From: Candidatus Multivorans sp.
GTDB taxonomy: Bacteria > Acidobacteriota > Thermoanaerobaculia > Multivoradales > Multivoraceae
Direction of reading: 5' to 3'
Assembly (NCBI GenBank): GCA_965224025.1
Contig: OZ245033.1
Coordinates: forward strand, 2,336,001 to 2,400,000
DNA length: 64,000 bases
Positions 18,582 through 28,801 of this stretch are shown piece by piece (position 1 is the first letter of the stretch; every line of letters starts with the position of its first letter). The notes under the pieces are model-generated. The model had not been told where the DNA came from and did no database searches. It was given only the letters and a program-made list of their open reading frames with translations. Position numbers and translations under genes: made by a program.

Positions 18582-19592
18582 GTGACAGCCGACATCGACA
18601 AGGGCGCAGTCAGCGTATTGCAGCCCCCCTTGGGCGTCAACCGCGAGGCTCGGGACCGGCTCTCTGCGACCCCCGGCGTCCATGTCCGCGAGGCGGTTCC
18701 GCTGGCCTCGGTGACGACGCTGCGGATCGGCGGTGCAGCGGATCTCTTCGTCCGGGTCGAGTCCGAAACGGCCCTTGCGGCGGTGATGACCGTGGCCCGC
18801 GAGTGTGCGGTCCCGCTTCACCTGCACGGTCACGGTTCGAACGTCCTGTTCCCGGACAGGGGCATTCGCGGCCTCGTCTGCCGGTTGCGAGGCGAGCTCG
18901 AACTCGTCGAAGTGGAGGGCGAAATGGTGCGGGCCGGCGCCGGAGTCACGCTTGCCAGACTGGCGCGGGACACGGCGAAGCAGGGTCTGCTCGGGCTCGA
19001 GGCCCTGTCCGGTTTTCCCTCGACCGTGGGAGGCGCCGTGGTGATGAACGCCGGGTGCTACGGCACGGAGATCGGAGACGTCCTCACCGAGGTTCGCGTG
19101 GCGCGGCCGGCGCGGCCGGTCGAGGCCGTGCCGGTCGCCCGGCTCGATCCCGGCTACCGGACCACGAACCTGCAGGGGACCGACGCGGTCATAACGGGAG
19201 CGGAGTTCCGGCTCCGGAGCGGGGACGGCGCCGCGGCGCTCAAGCGGATCAACGAGTTGAACAAGCGGCGGTGGCAGAGCCTGCCGTCCGGCAAGCCGAA
19301 TGCCGGTTCCGTGTTCCGCAATCCCCAGGACGATTTCGCCGGCCGGCTGATCGAAGCCTGCGGTCTGAAGGGCCTGCGCCGTGGCGGCGCCGAGATCAGT
19401 CAGCGCCATGCGAACGTGATCGTCAACCGGGAGAAGGCGCGCGCCGCCGACGTACTCGATCTGATGGTGGCCGCGCACCGGGCGGTTCGAGACCGGTTCG
19501 GCGTCGAACTGCGGCCCGAGATCGTGCTGGCCGGCGGTCTGGCCGAGGAGTTCTGGGACCGCGCTAGGAACTTGCGCGGTAGAACGATCTGA
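18582..19592 (+). CDS. murB: UDP-N-acetylenolpyruvoylglucosamine reductase
   Basis: TTLRIGGAAD, GSNVL, GGAVVMNAGCYG, NAGSVFRNP and HANVIVN motifs. Confidence 0.95.
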   Translation: MTADIDKGAVSVLQPPLGVNREARDRLSATPGVHVREAVPLASVTTLRIGGAADLFVRVESETALAAVMTVARECAVPLHLHGHGSNVLFPDRGIRGLVCRLRGELELVEVEGEMVRAGAGVTLARLARDTAKQGLLGLEALSGFPSTVGGAVVMNAGCYGTEIGDVLTEVRVARPARPVEAVPVARLDPGYRTTNLQGTDAVITGAEFRLRSGDGAAALKRINELNKRRWQSLPSGKPNAGSVFRNPQDDFAGRLIEACGLKGLRRGGAEISQRHANVIVNREKARAADVLDLMVAAHRAVRDRFGVELRPEIVLAGGLAEEFWDRARNLRGRTI

Positions 19593-19639
19593 CCTGGGAA
19601 CGCGGTCATCCTGCCCGCATCCGGCGCGGAGCGCCGGCC
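19593..19639 (+). repeat. REP-like element, short copy B
   Basis: CCTGGGAACGCGGTCATCCTGCCCGCATCCGGCGCGGAGCGCCGG, immediately after the murB stop. Confidence 0.85.
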
Positions 19640-19741
19640 TCCGGTCGTTCTTCCGCGCCCGTTCCGGGTGATACAGGCTATCCTCAGAGGTCCACGCGAA
19701 CCGAAGGCCAGACGAGGCTGATGGAAGGGAAGGGAGAGACG

Positions 19742-20308
19742 ATGAAGGGGACTTTGAATCGGACATCGTGGCGGCGACCGGAAGTGGTCGTGGCGTTTGT
19801 TGCGGCCATCGCGCTGCTCGCCCTCGCCTGCGGCGGCGGGGGCGGTGTGGCCGAGACCCGCGCCGGCTTTATCGCGCAGTTGCAGTCGTTCACGGTTCAG
19901 GCACCGGCTGCCGAGGAGGCGATGGCATCCGAGGAGGCCGAAGCCGAAGCCGAAGCCGAAGCCGAAGCCGAAGCCGAAGCCGATACAGACGCCGAAGCGG
20001 AAGGCGACATGCCGGCCGAGCCCGCCATGGTGAGTGTCATGCTCGACATTCTGGTTCACAACGAGGGCTCCGGAACGCTCGACGGCGTCACGGTCGACCT
20101 CACGATCGCCGACCCGGACGGCGGAGAGAAGGAACGCCGGCTGCTCTGGATCGAGACCGCCGGGCTCACCAAGGGCTCCCAGACACAGGTCGTCTACGAC
20201 CTGAACGATGTCGCCTATAGCGAGGGCGACGGCTTCCACGTCGAGGTCCGCCACCCGATCCCGATGGAAGAGCGCGGCGACTACCGCGAGTTCGACGCCG
20301 AAGACTGA
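19742..20308 (+). CDS. Putative lipoprotein with an (EA)n acidic linker
   Basis: Lipobox LALA-C and (GCCGAA)7 at 19937-19978. Confidence 0.75.
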   Translation: MKGTLNRTSWRRPEVVVAFVAAIALLALACGGGGGVAETRAGFIAQLQSFTVQAPAAEEAMASEEAEAEAEAEAEAEAEADTDAEAEGDMPAEPAMVSVMLDILVHNEGSGTLDGVTVDLTIADPDGGEKERRLLWIETAGLTKGSQTQVVYDLNDVAYSEGDGFHVEVRHPIPMEERGDYREFDAED

Positions 20309-20464
20309 GCCGGCTTGGCTATAGCTATCTAGCTAAGCTAGCTACCGATCGGGCGAGCTTGTCGAGAGCCTGGATTCGGGCATCTTCTCGGCTGACGTGG
20401 GCTGCGAGGAGGCCGAACAGGGCAAGGGGTACATTTTGGGGAGGCCGCCTACAGCATTCCGTGG

Positions 20465-22211
20465 ATGGCTAGTCGGCGGGTGATCGATGACGTCGACTCC
20501 TGCGCTCCGCGACGTGTAGTGCCCGGTGAGGACGCAACCCGGGTGTGTGAGAACCAAGCCGGCACCCGTCGGCTAACGATTCGGTTGTCTCCTTCGGACG
20601 GAGACAGTGGTCTACCTGCCGGTGCAGAAGCACCACTCGGCACGACCGAGATAGTCGCGGCACCGGCGGAGATGTGGCGGGAGACGCCGGTCAGCCTGTT
20701 GCCAAGGTGGCTCGCCGATTCGAAGGCACTGGTCCTCACGCGCACCCGTGAGCGGTGGAGGGTGCAGGCCCTCGGCGAGGATCAACTCTCCGAGTTGCGC
20801 GACGTGCCGGCGGATGAGGATGCGGTGGAGCTTGCACTAGGGCCTGCGGCCGATGTTCCCGTGCAGGTGACGGCGGATCGCTCGCCGCTCTTTGGCGCCC
20901 GCCCGTCCCTGGTACGCCCGGGAGCTTCGCAGACAGGCGGGCGGGGATCTACGTTGCGGCCGATGGGCGCACTGCCGCTGCCGGAGGCCGGTTCATGGCC
21001 CGCCGCGAGACGGACAACATGAGTAGCCACCGTCCTCTCGCGCCAGACGGCTCGTTCTCCATCGATCTGCCGGGCGGCGCCTACGAGCTGGAGTTGTCTG
21101 CCGGCAACACCGGTTCGCGGCGTCTCAGGGTTAGCGGAGTGGCGGGGGAGACTCGGGACCTGGGCGTCGTTGCGGCTTCGGCTTCCGCCTGGGTCTCTGG
21201 TTCGTTCTGAGTCCCGAATACCTGCCGGTGGCAGGGGCATCCGTGTCGCGTGAGCGTTCGGACGAGATGGGCCCACTATGGGCCTGGGCTCTCGGCAACG
21301 TCGACCAGGTGACGACGAACGCCGAGGGCTACTTCGAACTGTTCGGGCTGGAATTGGGCTCCTCGATCATTCGGGTGGAGGCAGACGGTTTCGCACCACT
21401 GGAGTTCTCCGTAGAGGCGGCCGGACTTGAGTGAGTGGATGCCGGTACGGTTGAGCTCTCCCGCGGTCGCCGCGTTCTGGTGCGGTCCGACGTGAAAAGA
21501 GGTGAGGTGGTCATTGATACGGGCGGAATCGGACATCCGCGGGAACTCGTCCACAAAGCACTCAGCGAAGCGGAGGCGTTGCTTGAGGCAATCCCCGACG
21601 GTTCGTTTGTCGTGCAGGTTCTGGAAGATGGCGTTCCGGTCTGCGAGCTGGACGAGGAGAGGGAAGAGGGAGATATCGCGGTGCGCTGCAACCGCGGCAC
21701 GGTCTCGGTCTCCGGCCGGGTAGCGATCGGCGAGCAGCCGGGAGATGGCATGCTCGTTTGGCGGCAGAAGAGCCGGGCAGCTCTACCCGAAGGCGGCTTG
21801 ACTACTCGCGGGGTCCCCTTACCCAGTACGCAAGTCGTATCCAACCGGCCGCGGGAGAGGGAGGCGATGCTCGATGGCGAGGGCCGCTACCGGGCCGACG
21901 GCCGCTGGGTCTTCTCGCCCTGGCAGGATCTGCGGCGGGCGCTCGACGAGGGAGTGGAGCTGGATCCGTATGAGTCCGCTTCAACCCTTGTCCTCGCCGG
22001 CGAGAGCCCCGAAACGAGGGTCGAGGTCATTGGTCCCGGCGACTGGAATCTCGGCGCGCTCCGGATTTGGTTCGGTGGTGCGATGGTATTCCGGGTCGGG
22101 GAAGCGATCCCGCATCTCCCGGTCGGCAGCTACACGGTCCGCTGGAATGATCGGTCTCGGACCGTGCACACTGAACGAGGGCGTACCGTCGAGGTCGAAA
22201 TCGACGGCTGA
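20465..22211 (+). pseudogene. Fragmented protein with carboxypeptidase-regulatory-like (beta-sandwich) repeats
   Basis: Consecutive short ORFs with DGSFSIDLPGGAYEL, TTNAEGYFELFGLELG..IRVEADGFAP and LPVGSYTVRW, broken by stops and frameshifts. Confidence 0.55.
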
Positions 22212-22565
22212 CCGCGTCGGAGTCTCGTAGCCTGAGACAGGGCGTAGTGGGTCAGCAAAGCGTCTACGCTGGACCCATAATCGGGCCGCCCGCATCAGCT
22301 CCGAGAGCGTCGCGCCGACGGGCTCGGCCTTGGCCCGCCACTCTCACCTGGTCGCCCTCGATCGGGAGGTCCGCGAGCTCCTGCAGCTTGATCGCGGTGA
22401 CTATGCGAGGCGATCCTCGCAACCCGGAGTCCGCAAGAGCCGGCCCCACGGCCGCTCGAGCCGAAAGGCGTACGGAAAGGTCAGTCCGGCGCCGCCGGAA
22501 GACTGGGGCGCCGCGAGCGCCGTCTCCGGAGCAAGGAGCCGCCGCGGCTGCCCTCCCTGCTGACC

Positions 22566-22666
22566 CTAGTGTTGTGTCTCCGACTTGACGTGCCACTTAG
22601 GGTTGCCCAAAGGTGGGCGCTTGAGGCTCGGCTACCTGTAAACCGGTATCGGAGACACAACACTAG
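22566..22666. mobile_element. MITE with 14 bp perfect TIRs flanked by CTAG
   Basis: CTAG-TGTTGTGTCTCCGA ... TCGGAGACACAACA-CTAG with a 65 bp non-coding interior. Confidence 0.85.
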
Positions 22667-22671
22667 CTTGG

Positions 22672-24099
22672 CTAGTAAGCGTTCTTGGTCAGACCCCGGC
22701 GCAGGGTCAGCCACAGGATCTGGAAGTCGAGACGGAGACTCCAGTTCTCGATGTAGTAGAGGTCGTACTGGATCCGCTTGCTGATCGAGGTGTTGCCCCG
22801 CCAGCCGTGGACCTGGGCCCAGCCGGTCAGCCCCGACTTCACGCGGTGGCGCAGCATGTACTGCGGGATCTCGTTGCGGAACTTGCGGACGAACGCGGGA
22901 CGCTCGGGGCGGGGGCCGACGATCGACATGTCGCCGCGGAAGATGTTCCAGAGCTGGGGCAGCTCGTCGATCGACCAGCGCCGCAGGAAGGCGCCGATTC
23001 GGGTGCGACGGGGATCGTCCTCGACCGCCCACACCGGCCCGGTGGTGGATTCGGCGCCCATCCGCATCGAGCGAAACTTGAGGATCATGAAGGAGCGGCC
23101 GTCGAGCCCCATACGCTCCTGCCGGTAGAACAGCGGTCCGCGGTCCTCAAGCTTGATCAGCACCAGAACGACCGGCAGCAGGGGCAGCAGCACGGCCATG
23201 GCCGCCAGGGAGGCGCCGATGTCGATCGTCCGCTTGGCCAGACTCGACCAGCCCTCCATCGGCACGTGGGAAAGGTTGATCACCGGCGTGCCGTCCACGT
23301 CCTCCATGTCGGCGCGCAGCGTCGAGTACTGCAGGACGTTCGGCACCAGTCGGATCTCGATCAGCTCGTTGCCGATGCGGTCGAGCAGGTTGAGGATCTT
23401 CCGGTGCGCCTCGAACGGCAGGGCGATCATGACCTGATCGACGTGGTATCGCTCGATTGCTGCTTCCAGGTCGTCGAGAGTGCCGACCACGCTGACGCCG
23501 CTGACGCGCTCGCCGGATTGCCTGTCCGGGTCGTCGTCCAGGAAGCCCACGACCTCGTAGCCGAGCTCCCGGTGCCGGACCAGTTTGACGGCGATCTCCT
23601 CGCCGCTGTCGCCGGCGCCGATGATCAGGATGCGGCGCACGTTGTGCCCTCGTCGCCGGACCACGCGCAGGAAGGCGCGGGTGACGAAGCGGAGCAGTGC
23701 GACCAGGAAGATGTCGCTGACCGCGAACAGAGCAAAGAAGGCGCGGCTGTAGGAGAATGGGTCGTCGCTGCCGGCCTGAGTCACGCGGTCGAAGGTGAGG
23801 ACTGCGGTCAGGATCACGAGCGCCAGCACGGTGGCGACGACGATGCTGATCAACTCGTCCACCCGGCTGTGTCCGCGCCGGATGCGGTAGAGGCCGTGGA
23901 AGTAGTAGACCGTGGGCCAGATCAGCAGGATGAAGGGCAGCATCCTGAGATACGGCTCGAAGTCCGGCACGGACTTCGTCACTTCGATCACGGGCTGCAC
24001 GAAGCGCAGGTACCAGGCCAGGAAGAAGGCGCCGACCGTGGCGGCGACATCGCCGGCGATGTTCAGCGTGGCGGTAACGCGGAGTCGCTTCTGGAGCAC
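22672..24099 (-). CDS. Undecaprenyl-phosphate glucose phosphotransferase (WcaJ-type priming glycosyltransferase)
   Basis: KFRSM, DDPRRTRIGAFLRRWSIDELPQLWN, GPRPERP, VKSGLTGWAQV and YDLYYIENWS motifs. Confidence 0.93.
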   Translation of the reverse strand: MLQKRLRVTATLNIAGDVAATVGAFFLAWYLRFVQPVIEVTKSVPDFEPYLRMLPFILLIWPTVYYFHGLYRIRRGHSRVDELISIVVATVLALVILTAVLTFDRVTQAGSDDPFSYSRAFFALFAVSDIFLVALLRFVTRAFLRVVRRRGHNVRRILIIGAGDSGEEIAVKLVRHRELGYEVVGFLDDDPDRQSGERVSGVSVVGTLDDLEAAIERYHVDQVMIALPFEAHRKILNLLDRIGNELIEIRLVPNVLQYSTLRADMEDVDGTPVINLSHVPMEGWSSLAKRTIDIGASLAAMAVLLPLLPVVLVLIKLEDRGPLFYRQERMGLDGRSFMILKFRSMRMGAESTTGPVWAVEDDPRRTRIGAFLRRWSIDELPQLWNIFRGDMSIVGPRPERPAFVRKFRNEIPQYMLRHRVKSGLTGWAQVHGWRGNTSISKRIQYDLYYIENWSLRLDFQILWLTLRRGLTKNAY

Positions 24100-24189
24100 G
24101 GTTCTGGGATCGTGGGAATGGAGGCGCCCGACTCTGGCGGACGCTGGATGTTAGCAATCCGGGCTAGGAGTGGCGCCGCGGGACGGCGG

Positions 24190-25329
24190 TCAGTATCCCG
24201 TCTCCCCGAGCACGTCGCGGTAGATCGCGAGGGTGCTCTCGGCGGCCGCCTGCCACTGGAATCCGGCGGCGCGGGAGGCGGCGCGGTCGGCGAGCCGCCG
24301 GGCGTGGTCCCGGTCCATCATGCAGCGTTCGATGGCTCTCGCGATCTCCTCCACCTCGAGGGGATTGACGAGTTCCGCGTAGCCTCGGGCAATCTCCTTG
24401 AGCGACGACGTGTTTGACGTGATCACAGGCGCCCGTGAGGCCATCGCCTCGACCACGGGCAGACCGAAACCCTCGTACAGGGTGGGGTAGAGGAACAGGC
24501 TCGCGCCCTGGTAGAGCGCCGGAAGGGCGCGCGCCGGCACATGGCCGGCGAGGTGGACGTGATCGCCGACCCCGAGCTGGCGGGCGCGGCGCTCGAGCTT
24601 GAAGTCGCTGCCGGGCCGCGCGCCGACGCAGACGAGGGGCGCTTCGAAGCCGGCCCGCGAACGGGCCCTGGCGTACGCCTTGAGCACCCGGTCCAGGTTC
24701 TTGTGGGGCTTCGGATTGCCGACGAACAGCAGGTACGGCTGCTGGACTCCGACGGCCTCCAGACGGGCGCCGAGTTCTTCCGCGCCGAGCACTTGCCGGA
24801 AACGATCCTCGACGCCGTTGTACACGACCTTGATCTTCTCTTCCGGGATGTCGAAGTAGTCGAGAACGTCGCTGCTCGTGTTCTGGGACACGGCAATGAT
24901 CCGGTCGGCTCGGTTGACGCTGTGGCGAAACATGCGTTGAGCGTAGAGGGACGCCATGCGACTCGGCAGGAAGCCGGGGTAGAGCAGGTGGATGATGTCG
25001 TGGATCGTGACCACCGTCGTACACGGAACGATCGCCGGCAGGACGTAGTGGGTGGCGTGGTAGAGGTCCAGGCGCGACCGCGAGATGCGCCAGGTCATCA
25101 TCCCGATCTCGCGCAGCGAGTAGACCGGCGACCGTTCGACGACGCAGCGGAAGTTTGCCGGCAGATCGGCAGCGAAGTCGCGATCCTCGGGGCGGACGAA
25201 GAGGACGTACTCGTTGGCGCCAGCTTCCTGCTCGCCCTGGATCCGAGCGAGACCGCGGATCAGGTTGGAGACGTAGACGCCAATCCCGAAATCGCGGACC
25301 TTGCGGGCATCGATGCCGATTCGGGCCAC
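24190..25329 (-). CDS. GT4 family glycosyltransferase
   Basis: RIGIDAR, VVTIHD, PHKNL and YEGFGLPVVEAMA motifs. Confidence 0.92.
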   Translation of the reverse strand: MARIGIDARKVRDFGIGVYVSNLIRGLARIQGEQEAGANEYVLFVRPEDRDFAADLPANFRCVVERSPVYSLREIGMMTWRISRSRLDLYHATHYVLPAIVPCTTVVTIHDIIHLLYPGFLPSRMASLYAQRMFRHSVNRADRIIAVSQNTSSDVLDYFDIPEEKIKVVYNGVEDRFRQVLGAEELGARLEAVGVQQPYLLFVGNPKPHKNLDRVLKAYARARSRAGFEAPLVCVGARPGSDFKLERRARQLGVGDHVHLAGHVPARALPALYQGASLFLYPTLYEGFGLPVVEAMASRAPVITSNTSSLKEIARGYAELVNPLEVEEIARAIERCMMDRDHARRLADRAASRAAGFQWQAAAESTLAIYRDVLGETGY

Positions 25330-25433
25330 GGTGCAAGCGTAGCGCGGAGACCCGCGGAAGGCAGGCGCCCGACCCTGATAGGGTCCTGCACCACGGCCCT
25401 GCCTGCTGCCCGATTCTGGTAGCGTATTCCGCC

Positions 25434-25685
25434 ATGACGACCGCGACGTTCGACACCTTGGCAACGGCCCGCAAGCTGACGGAGTCCGGTCTGGAAACCG
25501 CTCAGGCTGAGGCTGTCACCGAGGCCATCCGCGCCGCGGTAACGGAGGGTGTCGCGATGAAGGCGGACTTGGCGGCATTGAGGGCGGATGTCGCGGCCAT
25601 GGAGTTGCGTCTCACATGGCGGATTCTCGGCGGAGTGGCCGTGTTGCTCGCGCTTGCGACTGCTCTGGGTCGACTGCTTGGGTGA
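25434..25685 (+). CDS. Small DUF1640/CCDC90-like coiled-coil membrane protein
   Basis: FDTLATARKLTESG...QAEAV, with a C-terminal TM segment. Confidence 0.7.
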   Translation: MTTATFDTLATARKLTESGLETAQAEAVTEAIRAAVTEGVAMKADLAALRADVAAMELRLTWRILGGVAVLLALATALGRLLG

Positions 25686-25750
25686 GTTCCCGGCGCGACC
25701 TGAACTTGCAGTCGCGGTTTGAGGCAGCGGACGCTCGGCGGTGAACTGGC

Positions 25751-26305
25751 ATGCTTCTACAGCTTGACCAGGCCCGCAACGGCCCCCTGCGTTGGCAAGA
25801 CGCCATAGCGGTTCCGGCCGCTGATCTCTTGCGGGACCAGGCTCTCATCCTGGGCAATGTCGAATGCGAGGGCAGCCTGACCTTCACCGGGCCGGATTTC
25901 CTGCTTGAAACCCGGCTGCGCTATCGCCACCGGCTCCATTGCGACCGTTGCCTCACTGCGTTCAAGGAGGATGTCGAACTGCCGCTCATGTTCGTCGTCA
26001 CCGTGCACGGCGGGGCCGCCCCTGCAAACGGGACGGGTAGCGTCGACGAACACGGCGGCCGAGAGCTGGCGCCGGAGGATTTGTCCACCCTGACCGCGGT
26101 GGACGGCGCGTTCGACCTCGGCTCTCTCGTGCGGGAGCAGGTCGAGTTGAACGTGCCGATGAAACCGATCTGCAAAGCCTCCTGCAGCGGCCTGTGCCCG
26201 CAGTGCGGCGCCGACCGGAACAGGGAGGCCTGCGCCTGCTCCGCCGACCGGGTCGACCCGCGCTGGTCGGGCCTGGAGGCGATCCGCGAACGAGTTGGGC
26301 GCTAG
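25751..26305 (+). CDS. yceD: DUF177/YceD family protein
   Basis: CDRCL, PMKPICKASCSGLCPQCG and DPRW motifs; lies upstream of rpmF. Confidence 0.9.
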   Translation: MLLQLDQARNGPLRWQDAIAVPAADLLRDQALILGNVECEGSLTFTGPDFLLETRLRYRHRLHCDRCLTAFKEDVELPLMFVVTVHGGAAPANGTGSVDEHGGRELAPEDLSTLTAVDGAFDLGSLVREQVELNVPMKPICKASCSGLCPQCGADRNREACACSADRVDPRWSGLEAIRERVGR

Positions 26306-26377
26306 GATTGCGCGCCGGCGAAGCAACGGTGCAGCCCGCTGACAATCAAGCTGAACACTCAGAAAGGAACCCTTGAA

Positions 26378-26563
26378 ATGCCAAACCCCAAACGACGGCA
26401 CTCGAAGGCGCGTCGCGACCGGAGACGGGCCCATGACGGGCTCAAGCGGCCAGCCGGCTCGGTATGCCCGAACTGCGGCGAAACCAAGCTGCCGCATCGC
26501 GCCTGCAGCCACTGCGGCCACTATCGTGGGCGCGACGTGGTCGATATCGACGACGTGCTGTAG
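26378..26563 (+). CDS. rpmF: 50S ribosomal protein L32
   Basis: [17 protein letters not shown]...[20 protein letters not shown]. Confidence 0.98.
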   Translation: MPNPKRRHSKARRDRRRAHDGLKRPAGSVCPNCGETKLPHRACSHCGHYRGRDVVDIDDVL

Positions 26564-26608
26564 CCGACGGTTGGAGGGCGCTAGACTGGTGGTTTCCGAA
26601 GGACAGAG

Positions 26609-27679
26609 TTGGCCCTGAAATTGACGGATCGAGCCTCCACGCGAACTCCGACCGTGATCGCCGTCGACGCGATGGGCGGGGACCACGCTCCCCGGACGGT
26701 GGTTGAGGGCGCGCTGCTGGCGGCGCGCCAGCGCGAGCTGCGGCTCCTCCTGGTGGGGCGCCGGCCGATCCTCGAGCAGGAGATCGAGAAGTTCGATCCC
26801 GGGGATGGTGTTCGGCGCCGGGTCGAGATCGTGCATGCCGGCGAGGTCGTCGGCATGTGCGAGTCCGCGCTCGCGGTGCGGCGCAAGCGCGACTCTTCGG
26901 TGCGTGTCTGCGCCCGCCTGGTCAAGGACGGCCGGGCGCAGGCCATGGTGACCGCGGGCAACACCGGCGCCGCACTGGTCGCCGGCAAGATGGTGATCGG
27001 CGTCGCCCCCGGAGTCGATCGCCCGGCGCTGGCCGTGACCATGCCGCGGCGCGTCGGTCGAACCATCCTGCTGGACGCGGGCGCCAACGTCGACTCGAAG
27101 CCCGACCAGCTCCGTCAGTTCGCGGTCATGGGCCACTACCTGGCCCAGCAACTGCTGCGGATGAACTCGCCGCGCATCGGCCTGTTGTCGATCGGCGAGG
27201 AAGCCGGGAAGGGCACCGACCTGGTCCGCGAGGTGTTCAAGTCGCTCGACGCCACGGGACTCAACTTCGTCGGCAACGTCGAGGGCCGCGACGTCTTCAG
27301 CGGCACGACCGATGTCGTCGTCTGCGACGGCTTCGTCGGCAACGCGATCCTGAAGAGCGCCGAAGCGCTCGCGGAGTTCGTGGGCGGCCAGTTGCGCGAG
27401 GAGATGGGCCGCACACTCCGGTCGCGGCTCGGCTATCTGCTGGCCCGGCCCGCCTTCGACCGCTTCAAGAGCCGGATCGACTACAGCGAGTACGGCGGCG
27501 CGCCGCTGCTCGGCCTGCGCGGCGGTTGCTTCGTCGCCCACGGCCGTTCGTCCGCCCACGCGATCTGCAGCGCGGTGCGGCGCGCGGTGGAGTTCTGCGA
27601 GGCGGACATTCACGTCAAGGTCAGCGCCAAACTGTCGGAGGTCGCCTTCGAGGCGGCGCCAGAGGCGGTAGCGGGATGA
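26609..27679 (+). CDS. plsX: Phosphate acyltransferase PlsX
   Basis: IAVDAMGGDHAP, AGNTGA, DGFVGN and YGGAPLLG motifs. Confidence 0.97.
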   Translation: MALKLTDRASTRTPTVIAVDAMGGDHAPRTVVEGALLAARQRELRLLLVGRRPILEQEIEKFDPGDGVRRRVEIVHAGEVVGMCESALAVRRKRDSSVRVCARLVKDGRAQAMVTAGNTGAALVAGKMVIGVAPGVDRPALAVTMPRRVGRTILLDAGANVDSKPDQLRQFAVMGHYLAQQLLRMNSPRIGLLSIGEEAGKGTDLVREVFKSLDATGLNFVGNVEGRDVFSGTTDVVVCDGFVGNAILKSAEALAEFVGGQLREEMGRTLRSRLGYLLARPAFDRFKSRIDYSEYGGAPLLGLRGGCFVAHGRSSAHAICSAVRRAVEFCEADIHVKVSAKLSEVAFEAAPEAVAG

Positions 27680-28719
27680 CAAACGGACTCAGGCCAGCTT
27701 CTACCAACCATGCACGGCGGGTCTGGATCGCCGGCACCGGGAAGGCCGTGCCGGACAAGATTCTCACCAACGCCGACTTCGAGCGCATGATCGACACCTC
27801 GGACGAGTGGATCGTCGCCCGAACCGGGATCCACGAACGACGGGTCGCCACCGACGACGAGTACACGTCGGTCTTCGCTGTCAAAGCCGCGCGCGAGGCG
27901 ATGGAGATGGCGGGCGTGCAGTCCGCGGAGGTGGATCTCGTCCTGATCTCGACGGTGACGCCGGACATGCCCTTCCCTTCCACTGCCTGCCTGGTGCAGG
28001 AAGAGATCGGTGCGAAGGAGGCGACCTCCTTCGATCTGAACGCGGGCTGCACCGGCTTCATCTACGGTCTTTCAGTCGGGCAGCAGTACGTCGCGAGCGG
28101 CGCTGCCTCGACGGCTCTGGTGATCGGCGCCGAGTCGCTGACCAAGTTCACGGACTATGAGGACCGCTCGACCTGCGTTCTGTTCGGCGACGGCGCGGGC
28201 GCGGTTGTGCTACGGGGTGAAGACCCCCCGGCGCCGAGTTCGGAGAACGGGCTGCCGGGCGTCCTCTCCGTGGCGATCCACAGCGATGGTTCGCTGGCCC
28301 GCCTCCTCGAGATGCCGGGCGGCGGCAGCCGAAATCCTCCGAACCGTCCAGAGACGCTGGAAGCGCGGCTGCCCTTCATCCGGATGCTCGGCAACGAGAC
28401 CTTCAAGGTGGCGGTCCGCACGCTGGCCGAAGTCTCGGGCGAAGTGCTCGCCGACGCCGGTCAGGCGCCGGAAGACGTCAAGTGGCTCATTCCCCATCAG
28501 GCGAACCGCCGGATCATCGACGCCGTGGGTCGCCGCATCGACGTGCCCGCCGACCGCGTGTACGTCAACGTCGATCGCTACGGCAACACATCGGCCGCGT
28601 CCATCCCGATCGCGCTCGACGAACTGAACCGCGACGGTCGGATCGACTCCGGGGACCTGGTCCTGATGGCGGCCTTCGGCGCCGGGTTGACCTGGGGCGC
28701 CGCCGCAGTCCGCTTCTAG
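27676..28719 (+). CDS. fabH: 3-oxoacyl-ACP synthase III
   Basis: DTSDEWIVARTGI, AGCTGF, PHQAN, YGNTSAAS and FGAGLTW motifs. Confidence 0.97.
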   Translation: MTNGLRPASTNHARRVWIAGTGKAVPDKILTNADFERMIDTSDEWIVARTGIHERRVATDDEYTSVFAVKAAREAMEMAGVQSAEVDLVLISTVTPDMPFPSTACLVQEEIGAKEATSFDLNAGCTGFIYGLSVGQQYVASGAASTALVIGAESLTKFTDYEDRSTCVLFGDGAGAVVLRGEDPPAPSSENGLPGVLSVAIHSDGSLARLLEMPGGGSRNPPNRPETLEARLPFIRMLGNETFKVAVRTLAEVSGEVLADAGQAPEDVKWLIPHQANRRIIDAVGRRIDVPADRVYVNVDRYGNTSAASIPIALDELNRDGRIDSGDLVLMAAFGAGLTWGAAAVRF

Positions 28720-28733
28720 TGTCCCGCCGCCGT

Positions 28734-28780
28734 CCCCTGGGAACGCGGGCGTCTCGCCCGCATCCGGCGCCGAGCGTCGG
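28734..28780 (+). repeat. REP-like element, short copy C
   Basis: CCCCTGGGAACGCGGGCGTCTCGCCCGCATCCGGCGCCGAGCGTCGG between fabH and fabD. Confidence 0.85.
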
Positions 28781-28801
28781 ACCTTGGAATGGTCCTGTTG
28801 G

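Noticed and set aside
22264-22560. Short minus-strand ORF next to the MITE
   Set aside because: Possibly a gene remnant, but no motif could be assigned.
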